Positions 49,138 through 58,199 of a DNA stretch of 64,000 nt are shown here, piece by piece. Origin of the DNA: Bacillota bacterium. Lineage in GTDB: Bacteria; Bacillota; Sulfobacillia; RBS10-35; Bu92. Location: the NCBI GenBank assembly GCA_014896375.1, contig JADBKN010000009.1:10397-74396 (forward strand). The letters run 5' to 3'. Under the pieces are notes generated by a model. The model saw only the letters and a program-made list of their open reading frames with translations. It had not been told where the DNA came from and did no database searches. Position 1 is the first letter of the stretch, and the number at the start of each line of letters is the position of its first letter. The position numbers were made by a program, and so were the translations under genes.

Positions 49138-50455
49138 GGACGCGCCCGATGCCGCGCTGACGCGCAAGGTGGTCGACTTCGCCGCCGGGCTGGGCCTCTA
49201 CGCGGCCGTGGCACCGGCCGTGCCGCCTCCCGGGCTGCGCCGCGCCCTGCGCCGGCGCGCCGTGCTGGGCTGGCGGGCGGAGTTCGAGCCGCCGGAGGAC
49301 GAGCGCCGCTGGAATCCGCAGGCGGTGCTCCCCGGCGCGACGAGCGTGGTCGCGCTGGCGCTCCCGTACGGCGGCGCCGGCGCGCGCGCGGCGGCCCCCA
49401 CGGCCGGCCGGCCCGCGGCCGCCGCGGGGCGCAGGGCGCGCGCGGCCGCCGCCGAGCGCGCGGCTCCCACGGCGCCGGCACCCGCGCCCTTCCCGCGCGG
49501 CCGCGTCTCGCGCTACGCCGCCGGCTGGGACTATCACCGCCTGATGGGCTGGCGCGCCGCGGCCGTCGCCGCCTTCCTCACCGCCCACGGCTACCGCGCC
49601 GTGTGGCAGGTCGACACCGGCCCGCTGGCGGAGCGCGCCTTCGCCGCCGCGGCCGGGCTGGGCGCCGTGGGGCGCAACGGGCTCCTCATCATGCCGGGCC
49701 TGGGCACGCAGGTCTTCCTCGGCCTCGTGGTCACGGACGCGCCCCTCCGGCGGAGCCGCCCCGCGCCCTTTGACCCCTGCCGCGGCTGCGACCTCTGCGT
49801 GCGCGCCTGCCCCGCGGACGCCCTCGGCACGGGCGGCGCCGTGGACACGACGCGCTGCATCTCCTACGCCACCCAGCGGCGCGACGACATCCCCCTCGAC
49901 CAGCGCCGCGCGCTGGGCCTCTGGATCTGGGGGTGCGACGTCTGCCAGGACGTCTGCCCACACAACCGCGCGCCCGCCGGCGCCGCCCTGCAGCCCTCCC
50001 GCGCGCTCGGCGCGGCCTGCGGCCCCGGCGAGCGGCCGGACCTCATCGGGCTCTTGCGCCTTGGGAAGGGCGCCTTCCGGCGCCGCTGGGGCAGCAGCGC
50101 CGCCGCCTGGCGCGGCCGGCCGGTCCTGCAGCGCAACGCCCTCGTGGCCCTCGGCAACTGGAGCCGCACTCGCGCCGCGGGCGCGCCGCCGGAGGTGCGC
50201 CGCGCCGTGTGGCAGGCGCTCCTTCGCGGCCTTTTCGCGCCGCGGCCGGAACTGCGCCGCCACGCGGCGTGGGCCGTGGCCCAGTGGCCGGACGCGGCCG
50301 CCGCGCGCGCGGCGCTTGAGGAGCGTTGCGCGGTGGAGGCGGACCCCGGCGTGCGGGCGGCGTTGGAGGAGGCGCTGGCAGCCTGCGCTGCCGGGGACGC
50401 CGCCGCCGGGGACGCCGCCGCCGGCGCGCCTCAGCGCGGCGGCGCGATGAGGTAG
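49124..50455 (+). CDS. queG: Epoxyqueuosine reductase QueG
   Basis: DUF1730-like N-terminus, ferredoxin motifs CRGCDLCVRACP and CDVCQDVCP, C-terminal HEAT-like repeats. The listed 629-aa ORF is a frame run-on. Confidence 0.85.
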   Translation: MAAREDAPDAALTRKVVDFAAGLGLYAAVAPAVPPPGLRRALRRRAVLGWRAEFEPPEDERRWNPQAVLPGATSVVALALPYGGAGARAAAPTAGRPAAAAGRRARAAAAERAAPTAPAPAPFPRGRVSRYAAGWDYHRLMGWRAAAVAAFLTAHGYRAVWQVDTGPLAERAFAAAAGLGAVGRNGLLIMPGLGTQVFLGLVVTDAPLRRSRPAPFDPCRGCDLCVRACPADALGTGGAVDTTRCISYATQRRDDIPLDQRRALGLWIWGCDVCQDVCPHNRAPAGAALQPSRALGAACGPGERPDLIGLLRLGKGAFRRRWGSSAAAWRGRPVLQRNALVALGNWSRTRAAGAPPEVRRAVWQALLRGLFAPRPELRRHAAWAVAQWPDAAAARAALEERCAVEADPGVRAALEEALAACAAGDAAAGDAAAGAPQRGGAMR

Positions 50456-51555
50456 ACCTTGCGCGTGCGCACGCCGAAGCGCTGCACCACGCGCGCCGGC
50501 GCGTCCATATACACGTCGATGCGCTCACCCTTGATGGAGCCGCCGGTGTCGGCCGCGAGGGCGAAGCCGTATCCCTCGACGTACACGTAAGAGCCGAGCG
50601 GGATCACTTTCGGGTCGACGGCCACGATGCCCTCGCGCACGGCGAGGCCCGTGGCCGTGCGCCCGCCCACGCCCGGTTCGGCGTCGCTGTAGGCGGTGGT
50701 GCGCATCGTCCAGCTCTTCACGTAGGGAAACGTCTGGCCGTCGACCGTCGCCTCGCGGGCAATGCCGGCGGCCGCGGCGTCCGCGGCCAGCCGCTGCGCG
50801 AAGACGGCCGCCTCAAGGCGCGTCGCGGCCGCGCGCGGGTGTAGCCGCCCGCCGCTGTCCGGCTGCAGGAGCCCGCGCTTCCATGCGGCCGCCACCGCAG
50901 GGGCGGCCCAGTCGTCGACCTCCGCCGCGTCCGCGAGGCCCGCCGGCCGCGCGCCGCCGGCGTTCTCATTGCGCGCGCGCCAGGCGATGACGGCCATCTC
51001 CTCGACGGTCAAGGGATCGTCCGGCCGGAAGCGGCCGTCGCCGTCGCCGCGCACGATGCCGAGCCGCCAGGCGGCGGACACGTACGGGGCGCACCAGGCG
51101 TCGTCGCGCACGTCGTCGAACGGTTCAGGGAAGCCCGGTCCCGGCCGGATGCCCAGGGAATTCAGCACGAGCTTGGCGAATTCCGCGCGCGTGACCGGCC
51201 GCTCCGGCTCAAAGCGGCCCTCCCCGGTGCCGCGGACGATGCCGCGCCGGTAGAGGTCGAGCACCGCCTCAGCGCCGGGCGCGTCGGGGGCGAGGTCGCG
51301 GAACGGCCATCCGGAGTCATCGGAGGGGGACGGTGCGGGAGGGGTCGATCCGGAGGCGCCGTGGAACGACGGAGCGACCTGTGGGGGAGGGTCGGCGGCC
51401 AGGTCGAAGCCGACACCCGCGCGCAACGGCGCGGCGCCGGCGGGCGGCGCGGCGTCGGGTGCGGCGAGGCGCGCGCCCGCGGCCGGCAGCGCGGCCGAGA
51501 GGGCGAGGGCGGCGGCGAGCGCGCCCAGCCCGGCTCTCCAGGCGTAGCGGCGCAT
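50431..51555 (-). CDS. Cell-wall-anchored protein with signal peptide, three SLH domains and a C-terminal 3D domain (MltA/YuiC-like)
   Basis: Signal peptide MRRYAWRAGLGALAAALALSAAL. SLH motifs (GEGRFEPERPVTRAEFAKLV; GDGDGRFRPDDPLTVEEMAVI; a third degenerate copy). 3D domain TAYSDAEPGVGGRTATG...ADTGGSIKGERIDVYM. AAAGGAGG RBS. Confidence 0.8.
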   Translation of the reverse strand: MRRYAWRAGLGALAAALALSAALPAAGARLAAPDAAPPAGAAPLRAGVGFDLAADPPPQVAPSFHGASGSTPPAPSPSDDSGWPFRDLAPDAPGAEAVLDLYRRGIVRGTGEGRFEPERPVTRAEFAKLVLNSLGIRPGPGFPEPFDDVRDDAWCAPYVSAAWRLGIVRGDGDGRFRPDDPLTVEEMAVIAWRARNENAGGARPAGLADAAEVDDWAAPAVAAAWKRGLLQPDSGGRLHPRAAATRLEAAVFAQRLAADAAAAGIAREATVDGQTFPYVKSWTMRTTAYSDAEPGVGGRTATGLAVREGIVAVDPKVIPLGSYVYVEGYGFALAADTGGSIKGERIDVYMDAPARVVQRFGVRTRKVYLIAPPR

Positions 51556-51652
51556 GGCACGACCTCCTTTACTGGGTGAAATTCGCCAGCGCCGCCAGAT
51601 TCCTGGCCGCCGCGGGCTAGCAATGTATGGCAGAGAGGAGCCTTTTGCGACG

Positions 51653-52231
51653 ATGACGGGTGCGGGGGAGCCATCAGAAGGCGTGCGTGTCGCCGTGGGC
51701 AGCCGGCGGCGCGCAAAGGTGGAGGCGGTCGCCGGCGCCGTGGCGCGCCTCTGGCCGGGGGCGGAGATCGTGGCCGTCGACGTGCCCTCCGGCGTGCGGG
51801 AGCAGCCCGTGGGCCTCGCCGAGACCCGGCGCGGCGCGGCCGCCCGGGCCAGGGCCGCCCGGCGCGCGGCGGGCGCCGCCTTCGGTTTCGGGCTGGAAAG
51901 CGGCGTCGTCTGGCGCGGGCGCAGCGCGTGGGCGGTGAATGTCGTCTGCGCCTGCGATTCCGCCGGGCGCACGGCCTGGGCGGAGGGGCCGCGCTTCCCG
52001 CTGCCGCCCGCCGTCTCGGGCGCGCTGCGGGCGGGGCTCACGCTGGCGGAGGCGGCACGCTCCTGGAGCGGCGCGGCCTTTTCGCCGGAGCTGGGGGTAG
52101 TGCACCTGCTCACGGAAGGGGCGGTCGAGCGGGCGGACCTGTGGCGCGCCGCCGTGGCGCTCGCGGCCGCGCCGCTGCGCCATCCGGAGTGGTATGCGGC
52201 CGGCGAGGCGGGGGGGAGGCGCGGCGGATGA
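51653..52231 (+). CDS. yjjX: Inosine/xanthosine triphosphatase (YjjX/DUF84, Maf/Ham1 superfamily)
   Basis: VAVGSRRRAKVEAV...VDVPSGVREQPVGLAETRRGAAARA...FGFGLESGV. An alternative start exists at ATG 51623. Confidence 0.65.
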   Translation: MTGAGEPSEGVRVAVGSRRRAKVEAVAGAVARLWPGAEIVAVDVPSGVREQPVGLAETRRGAAARARAARRAAGAAFGFGLESGVVWRGRSAWAVNVVCACDSAGRTAWAEGPRFPLPPAVSGALRAGLTLAEAARSWSGAAFSPELGVVHLLTEGAVERADLWRAAVALAAAPLRHPEWYAAGEAGGRRGG

Positions 52232-52566
52232 GCCGGCCGTGGCGCCGCCCGACCTGGCTCCTCGTGGTGGAGGTGCGCGGTCACGGCGGCCGCGCGCTGC
52301 GCGTGCCGGTGCCCATCCAGGTCGTCGACCATCTTCTTGAGGACCTGGACCTCTGGGCGTGGCTCGCGGACCGCTGGCTCTCCCGCATGCGGCCGCAGCT
52401 CGGCGCGACGGCCGCGGCGTTCTTCCGCGAGGCCGGCGGGGGGCCGCTCTCCGCCGCCCTGCGCCTTGCCCGTCAGATCCTGCGCGCGCTGCGTCAAGAA
52501 GGGCCGTTCACGCTGGTCGACATCGAGGAGAGCGCGGGGATGCGGGTGAGCGTGCGCCTCTTCTAG
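52228..52566 (+). CDS. Hypothetical 112-aa protein translationally coupled to yjjX
   Basis: ATGA overlap with the yjjX stop. High third-position GC. No recognised motif. Confidence 0.45.
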   Translation: MSRPWRRPTWLLVVEVRGHGGRALRVPVPIQVVDHLLEDLDLWAWLADRWLSRMRPQLGATAAAFFREAGGGPLSAALRLARQILRALRQEGPFTLVDIEESAGMRVSVRLF

Positions 52567-52616
52567 GGACGCTGCAGGCGCCGGGCGGCCGCGCGGGGGC
52601 CGCCGGCGGCGCTCCC

Positions 52617-53213
52617 TCAGCGCGTCGCGCGCCGCCGGCGCACCCACCACACGGCCGCGCCGAGGGCCGCAAGCGCCAGAGTGGCCGGCAGGAGCCAGGC
52701 GTGCAGGGCCGAGACGAGCTCGTGCCAGCGCTCGCCCAGCGCCATGCCGGCGAGCAGCACCCCCGCCGACCAGACGAGAGCCCCCAGTGCGGAGTAGAAG
52801 AGGAACGGGCCGAAGGGCAGGCGGAAGACGCCTCCCAGATAGGCGGAGACGGAGCGCGCGCCCGAGAGCAGGCGACCGGCGAAGACGGCCGCGCCGAGGG
52901 AGCGGTTGAGCCGCGCCTCGAACGACGCCACGCGCTCCGGCGGGAGCCAGCGGCGGCCGAAACGCTCAAGGAGCGGCCGCCCGCCGCGCAGCCCGATCGC
53001 GTAGGCCGCCGCCGCGCCGGCCAGCGTGCCCAGCACCGCCGCCGCCAGCGCGGGCCAGAAGGAGAGGTGGCCGAGGGCGACGAGGTAGCCGGTGTAGGCG
53101 AGGATGATCTCGCTGAAGACGGGCACGGCCATCGTCTCCAGGGCCAGCGCGAGGAAGAGCGCCCAGTAGCCGTAGGCCGACATGAAGTGGTCGAGGAGCT
53201 CGAAGGCGCCCAT
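52617..53213 (-). CDS. dedA: DedA/TVP38 family membrane protein
   Basis: YGYWALFLALALETMAVPV...ILAYTGYLV, a DedA signature, with four TM segments. Confidence 0.85.
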   Translation of the reverse strand: MGAFELLDHFMSAYGYWALFLALALETMAVPVFSEIILAYTGYLVALGHLSFWPALAAAVLGTLAGAAAAYAIGLRGGRPLLERFGRRWLPPERVASFEARLNRSLGAAVFAGRLLSGARSVSAYLGGVFRLPFGPFLFYSALGALVWSAGVLLAGMALGERWHELVSALHAWLLPATLALAALGAAVWWVRRRRATR

Positions 53214-53251
53214 GCGCCCATTCTACCAGGAGGCGGGCGCGCGGCGGGCGC

Positions 53252-53282
53252 GCGGACGCCCGGCCGGGGGCCGGGCGTCCGC
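53252..53282 (-). terminator. 14-bp GC hairpin (gcggacgcccggcc / ggccgggcgtccgc) between the small peptide ORF and dedA, with no U-tract
   Basis: Inverted repeat read directly. Confidence 0.35.
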
Positions 53283-53293
53283 AGCGGCGCCGC

Positions 53294-53437
53294 TCAGAAG
53301 ACGAAATCCGACACCATGGGTCCGTTGGGGTGAATGGTGTGCGCCTTGAGGTGAGCCGGCGCGGCCCAGGCGACGGAAGCGCCGGCGCCCAGCCAGAGTG
53401 CGAAGGCGAGCGCGGCGGAAGCGAGGAGTCGCTTCAT
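53294..53437 (-). CDS. Candidate 47-aa pre-peptide with a Sec signal (MKRLLASAALAFALWLGAGASVAWA / APAHLKAHTIHPNGPMVSDFVF)
   Basis: GGGAGGG SD 7 nt upstream. KR then hydrophobic then an AWA-A cleavage-site pattern. Genome-typical third-position GC. The start overlaps the stop of the HD-GYP gene (TGAnATG). Below the size cut-off of the ORF track. Confidence 0.35.
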   Translation of the reverse strand: MKRLLASAALAFALWLGAGASVAWAAPAHLKAHTIHPNGPMVSDFVF

Positions 53438-53438
53438 C

Positions 53439-55058
53439 TCAATCCCTCCCTTCCACGTCGGTCTCGACGTCGTGCAGGCGCAGGAAGGCGCCCGCCGCGA
53501 CGGGATCCAGCCCCGTCCCGGCCTCCCGGGCGATGAGGCGCAGGGCCTCCTCGTGCGGATAAGCCGGGTTCGGGTGGATGTCGTAGGTCAGGACGATGTA
53601 GACGTTGGCCACGGCCAGCACGCGTGCCGTGCGCGGGATGGCCTCGCCGGCGAGACCGTCGGGGTAGCCGGCGCCGTCCCAGCGCTCGTGGTGCGCGCGC
53701 ACCGTGGCGAGCACGCCGGCCGGCAGGGGGAACATCGCGAGCATCTCGTGGCCGGTGCGCGGGTGGAGCAGCACGCGCTCGTCGTCCGGCCGGCGCAGGG
53801 CGTCCTCGCGGCGCGGGAGGGGCGGCAGGGCCACGACGATCTTGCCGATGTCGTGGAAGCGCCCGCCGTGGCTCAGGGCCAGGAGCTCGTCCGGAGGCAG
53901 GCCCAGGGCCTCCCCCAGGCGCAGCGCGTAGTGCGTCACGAGCGAGGCGTGCAGCCCGAGGCGCGGTTGCACGCTGCTGATGGAGTCGGAGAGGGAGAGG
54001 AGCGTCGTGAGGTAGTGAAGGCGGTCGCGGGTCCCGGCGGGGATGTGCAGCCGGCCGGCGCGGGGCGCGTGGCGGCGGCCGAGGACCTCGCCCAGCAGTT
54101 CCCCGACCTCCTTCCACGCCGCCATGCGCCCGGACTGCGCGTAGTAAGCGGCGGCGCGGTTGAGCCAGACGATGGCCTCCTCGCGGTCGTCGGCGGCGGA
54201 GGCGACGAGGCCGAAGAGCCGGCTGAGGCGCGCCACCTCGGCCTCGTCGAGCACGGCCACGCTCCCCCAGAGCGCGTCCAGCGCGCGCGTGCCCAGCTCC
54301 AGGGCCGCCTGCGCCTCGCCGCGGCGCAGCCGCACGTGCGCGAGCTCCGTGAGGTGCGAGGCCGTGTCGGCGGCGCGGCCGGCCGCACCCGTGAGACGCA
54401 GCGCCTCGAGGAGCGCGTCCTCGGCGTCCTCCGTGCGGCCGTTCTGCAGGTGGACCATGGCGAGGTTGTGCAGCGCGCGGGAGCGCAGCGGCGCGGAGCC
54501 CGTGGCCTCCGCCAGCGCGCAGGCGGCGCGCGCCGGCGCCTCGGCCGCGCCCCACTCCTCCCGGGCGATGCGGATGCCGGCCAGGGTGACCTGCACCTGC
54601 GCGGCCAGCGTGGGCGTGGCGCCCAGGCCGCACGTCTCCCAAGCCTCGAGGGCAGCGCCCAGGGCCGCATCGAGCTGGCCGGTCTGGTAGAGCGTGAGGG
54701 CGAGGTTGAGGCGGGCCTTGACGCGGTCTTCCGGAGGGACGGCGGCGTCGGCGGCGGCCGCCAGGGCGGCCTCCAATTGCGCGCGCGCATTCTCGTAGTC
54801 CCGGATGGAGGCGTACGCGGCGCTCAGGGCATTGCTGGCCTTCACAAAGCCGGCCGCGTCGCCGGCGGCGCGGGCCTCGCGGCGCCACGCGGAGAAGGCG
54901 TCCAACGCCGCGATGGGCAGGCCCCGCCGCAGGTACGCCGCGCCCAGCGCGCGCTTGTCCCCGATGGTGGTGGGTGTCACGCGCCTCGCCTCCCGTCCTC
55001 GGACCGCCGGCGGGGAGAGGCCTTGGGGGAGCGCCGTCCGGGGGGCCGGACGCCGCAC
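53439..55058 (-). CDS. TPR-repeat protein with a C-terminal HD-GYP phosphodiesterase domain (intact HD)
   Basis: About 300 aa of TPR-like helices, then HYALRLGEALG...RFHDIGKI...HHERWDGAGYPDGLAGEAIP. Confidence 0.8.
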   Translation of the reverse strand: MRRPAPRTALPQGLSPPAVRGREARRVTPTTIGDKRALGAAYLRRGLPIAALDAFSAWRREARAAGDAAGFVKASNALSAAYASIRDYENARAQLEAALAAAADAAVPPEDRVKARLNLALTLYQTGQLDAALGAALEAWETCGLGATPTLAAQVQVTLAGIRIAREEWGAAEAPARAACALAEATGSAPLRSRALHNLAMVHLQNGRTEDAEDALLEALRLTGAAGRAADTASHLTELAHVRLRRGEAQAALELGTRALDALWGSVAVLDEAEVARLSRLFGLVASAADDREEAIVWLNRAAAYYAQSGRMAAWKEVGELLGEVLGRRHAPRAGRLHIPAGTRDRLHYLTTLLSLSDSISSVQPRLGLHASLVTHYALRLGEALGLPPDELLALSHGGRFHDIGKIVVALPPLPRREDALRRPDDERVLLHPRTGHEMLAMFPLPAGVLATVRAHHERWDGAGYPDGLAGEAIPRTARVLAVANVYIVLTYDIHPNPAYPHEEALRLIAREAGTGLDPVAAGAFLRLHDVETDVEGRD

Positions 55059-55314
55059 GGGCGCCGGAAGAAGGCGAGCGCGCGACGCGGCGGCAGCCGG
55101 ACGATCCTAGCCCGAAGGCCGTAGACTCCTGGCTTTGCGTCCCCGCCTTTCGACGGGTTTGCCCTTTTCGCCGTTGACATGGGAAAATACGGCGCCCTGC
55201 CGCCGCCTTCCTCCTTTTTCCTTGAAATTTGGGGGCGCACGGCAGGTGCTGACGGGCCGCGCGGCCGGCCGCCGGCGCGCCACGGTGGGGCGCGTGAGCG
55301 GCCCGAGCCTTAAA

Positions 55315-55343
55315 TTGACGCTCATTTGGGCGTCCGATATAAT
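55315..55343 (+). promoter_or_regulatory. Sigma-A promoter of the nuo operon: TTGACG, 17 nt spacer, TATAAT
   Basis: Near-consensus hexamers with ideal spacing, 30 nt upstream of the nuoA ATG. Confidence 0.55.
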
Positions 55344-55372
55344 GGCGCCGGCGATCGAACGGGGGACGCTGC

Positions 55373-55729
55373 ATGCCGCTGTACGTCGACCTTGTCGTCT
55401 TCCTTTTGGCCGGGTTCACCTTCCCGCTCGTCAACGTCCTCTTGTCGAAGCTCGTCCGGCGGGACTACCCGGACCCGCTCAAGGAGGTCTCGTATGAGAG
55501 CGGCATCGTCCCGATCGGCGACGCTCGTGTACGGTATCACATTCACTATTACATCTTCGCCCTCGTCTTCCTCGTGTTCGACGTCGAGGGTCTTTTCCTT
55601 TTCCCCTGGGCCGTCGTGTTCAAGCAGCTGAATCCGGCCGTCGCCTTCGGGGAAGCCGTCGTCTTCATCGCGATGCTGGTCGTCGGTCTCGTCTACGCGT
55701 GGAAGAAGAAGGTATTGACATGGATCTGA
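55373..55729 (+). CDS. nuoA: NADH-quinone oxidoreductase subunit A
   Basis: Three-TM NuoA/ND3 pattern. Confidence 0.9.
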   Translation: MPLYVDLVVFLLAGFTFPLVNVLLSKLVRRDYPDPLKEVSYESGIVPIGDARVRYHIHYYIFALVFLVFDVEGLFLFPWAVVFKQLNPAVAFGEAVVFIAMLVVGLVYAWKKKVLTWI

Positions 55730-56304
55730 AGCGCCGCCTCCATCCCGCGGAATGGTTCCAGCCGGCGGTCCGGAGCGCTCCCGGAGGTGTGGCGCCGGCC
55801 ATCGAGGGCCGCGACTCCGAACGCCTGCCGCCTGTCTGGCAGCACCTGCCCGGCGTCTTCACCACGAACGCCCAGGCGCTCATCAACTGGAGCCGGGCGA
55901 ACTCCGTCTGGTACATGACGTTCGGCATCGCCTGCTGCGCCATCGAGATGATGCACACGGGCGGGCCGCGCTTCGACTTCGACCGCTTCGGCATGATCCC
56001 GCGCGCCTCGCCCCGGCAGTCGGACCTCATGTTCGTCGCCGGCACCGTGACGGAGAAGATGGCGCCCGTCATCCGCCAGCTGTATGAGCAGATGGCCGAG
56101 CCGCGCTGGGTTGTCGCCATGGGCGGCTGCGCGTCGAACGGCGGGCCGTACCACACCGGCTATAACGTCGTCGACGGGGTCGACAAGATCGTGCCGGTCG
56201 ACGTGTACGTGCCCGGCTGCCCGCCGTCGCCGGAGGCGCTCCTGCACGGCGTGCTGCTCCTTCAGGAGAAGATCCGGCGCGCCGCCTTGACGCAGGCCCG
56301 CTGA
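55720..56304 (+). CDS. nuoB: NADH-quinone oxidoreductase subunit B
   Basis: CCAIEMM...[10 protein letters not shown]...PGCPP, the N2 cluster ligands. Confidence 0.9.
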   Translation: MDLKRRLHPAEWFQPAVRSAPGGVAPAIEGRDSERLPPVWQHLPGVFTTNAQALINWSRANSVWYMTFGIACCAIEMMHTGGPRFDFDRFGMIPRASPRQSDLMFVAGTVTEKMAPVIRQLYEQMAEPRWVVAMGGCASNGGPYHTGYNVVDGVDKIVPVDVYVPGCPPSPEALLHGVLLLQEKIRRAALTQAR

Positions 56305-56361
56305 GCGGCGGCCGCCCCGCGCGGGCGGGTTTGATCTTTTGGCGAGTGCGAGGGATTGGCC

Positions 56362-57018
56362 ATGGACGAGGAAACGCAAGGCGCCGCCGAGGGCGGCGCA
56401 AATGCTGCCCGGCCGCCGGAAGGTGCGCGGCCCCGGCCCGCGTCCGGGTCCGCTGCAGCGCCCGGCACGGCCGGGGCTGCGCGCGGCGGGGCGGCCGCGG
56501 CGGCGCCCGCGGCGCCGCCGGCCCTGCCGCCCGAGCTGCAGAGGCTCTTCGACCGCGTCAAGGAGCAGCTGCCGGACGTGGAGCGCGATGAACGCGTCCA
56601 CGGCGCGCTTGGCCTGCGCGTCGCGCCCGAGCGCGCGCACGCGGTGCTGGCCGCCCTGCGTGACATGGACGGCGTGCGCTGCAACTACCTCTCCAACCTC
56701 GCGGCCGTCGACTGGAAAGACGCCATCGAGGTGGCGTACCACCTTTTCAACCTCGACGACCCGTCGGTGCGCATCGTCGTCAAGGTGAGGCTGCCCTACC
56801 AGGGCGACGAGGAACCGGAGGTCGACAGCGTCACCGACATCTGGCCGACGGCCAACTGGCACGAGCGGGAGGCCTACGATCTCCTCGGCGTGCGCTTCCG
56901 CGGCCACCCGGACCTGCGGCGCATCCTCCTGCCGGAGACGTACCAGGGCGGGCACCCGTTGCGGAAGTCGTTCGTGGATCGCCGGCCGAAGCGGCAGCGG
57001 CTCGTGCGGCCGCGGTGA
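56362..57018 (+). CDS. nuoC: NADH-quinone oxidoreductase subunit C, with an Ala/Gly/Pro-rich N-terminal extension
   Basis: [30 protein letters not shown]. Confidence 0.85.
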   Translation: MDEETQGAAEGGANAARPPEGARPRPASGSAAAPGTAGAARGGAAAAAPAAPPALPPELQRLFDRVKEQLPDVERDERVHGALGLRVAPERAHAVLAALRDMDGVRCNYLSNLAAVDWKDAIEVAYHLFNLDDPSVRIVVKVRLPYQGDEEPEVDSVTDIWPTANWHEREAYDLLGVRFRGHPDLRRILLPETYQGGHPLRKSFVDRRPKRQRLVRPR

Positions 57019-58199
57019 AGGGGGTGGGCGCGGTGGCGGAACATCCGAAGCTGCAAGGCGTGTACTCGCCGGAAGAGGCCGCGCAGGCGGCCCGGGAGGG
57101 CACCGTCGAGCCCCTCACGATCAACCTCGGTCCCCAGCATCCCAGCACGCACGGGGTGTTGCGCGTGATCACCACCCTGGATGGCGAGACGGTGCTGAAG
57201 GCCGACCCGGACATCGGCTACCTGCACCGCAACTGGGAGAAGATCGTCGAGTCCTGGCACTATCCGCAGATCGTGCCGTTCTCCGACCGCAACGACTACC
57301 TCTCGGCCATCTTCAACGAGTGGCTCGTCTGCCGGGCGGTGGAGGAGGCCATGGGCATCGAGCTGACGGAGCGGGCGCAGGTGTTGCGCACCGTCTTCGC
57401 GGAGCTCAACCGCCTGGTCAGCCACCAGATGTGGTTCGGCACGTACGCGATGGACATCGGCGCCTTCACGCCGTTCCTTTACGCGCTGCGCGACCGCGAA
57501 TGGGCCTACGACCTCTTCGAAAAGGCCACCGGGGCGCGCCAGCTGTACGCCTACTTCCGTATCGGCGGGCTGCGCAACGACGTCTCGGACGCCTGGGTTC
57601 AGGAGCTGCGCGACTATCTGGATTACTTCGAGCGCGAGGCCTACCCGGCGTACATGGACCTCCTTTACAACAACGAGATCTTCCGCGTGCGCAGCGAGGG
57701 CGTGGGGGTCGTCCCGAAGGAGGTCGCGATCGCCTATGGCGCGAGCGGCCCCATGCTGCGCGCCTCCGGGGTGCGGCACGACATCCGCCGCGTTGAGCGT
57801 TACGGGGTCTATGACCGCTGCGACTTCGACATCCCCGTGGGCAAGAACGGCGACAACCTCGACCGCGCCACGGTGCGCATGAAGGAGATGATCGAGTCGA
57901 TCAAGATCATCCGGCAGTGCCTGGACATGCTGCCGGAGGGCGAGGTCTTCTCGCCCAAGACGCCGCGCGTCATCAAGGTGCCGGAGGGCGACTGGTACGT
58001 GCGGGTGGAGAGCCCGCGCGGCGAGATCGGGCTCTGGCTCGTGAGCACGGGCGGCCTCCAGCCCTACCGCATGAAGTGGCGCGCCCCCTCTTTTGTGAAC
58101 CTGCAGCTCCTGAACTACATGACGCGCGGGGAGAAGATCGCCGACCTGATCGCCTCCCTCGGCACGATCGACATCATTCTGGGGGAGGTCGACCGCTGA
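57015..58199 (+). CDS. nuoD: NADH-quinone oxidoreductase subunit D
   Basis: [13 protein letters not shown]...ESPRGE. Confidence 0.95.
   Translation: MKGVGAVAEHPKLQGVYSPEEAAQAAREGTVEPLTINLGPQHPSTHGVLRVITTLDGETVLKADPDIGYLHRNWEKIVESWHYPQIVPFSDRNDYLSAIFNEWLVCRAVEEAMGIELTERAQVLRTVFAELNRLVSHQMWFGTYAMDIGAFTPFLYALRDREWAYDLFEKATGARQLYAYFRIGGLRNDVSDAWVQELRDYLDYFEREAYPAYMDLLYNNEIFRVRSEGVGVVPKEVAIAYGASGPMLRASGVRHDIRRVERYGVYDRCDFDIPVGKNGDNLDRATVRMKEMIESIKIIRQCLDMLPEGEVFSPKTPRVIKVPEGDWYVRVESPRGEIGLWLVSTGGLQPYRMKWRAPSFVNLQLLNYMTRGEKIADLIASLGTIDIILGEVDR

Noticed and set aside
55135-55497. 120-aa ORF in the dedA/HD-GYP-nuo divergent region
   Set aside because: It overlaps the nuo promoter and the nuoA start. 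Pro/Arg-rich nonsense translation.
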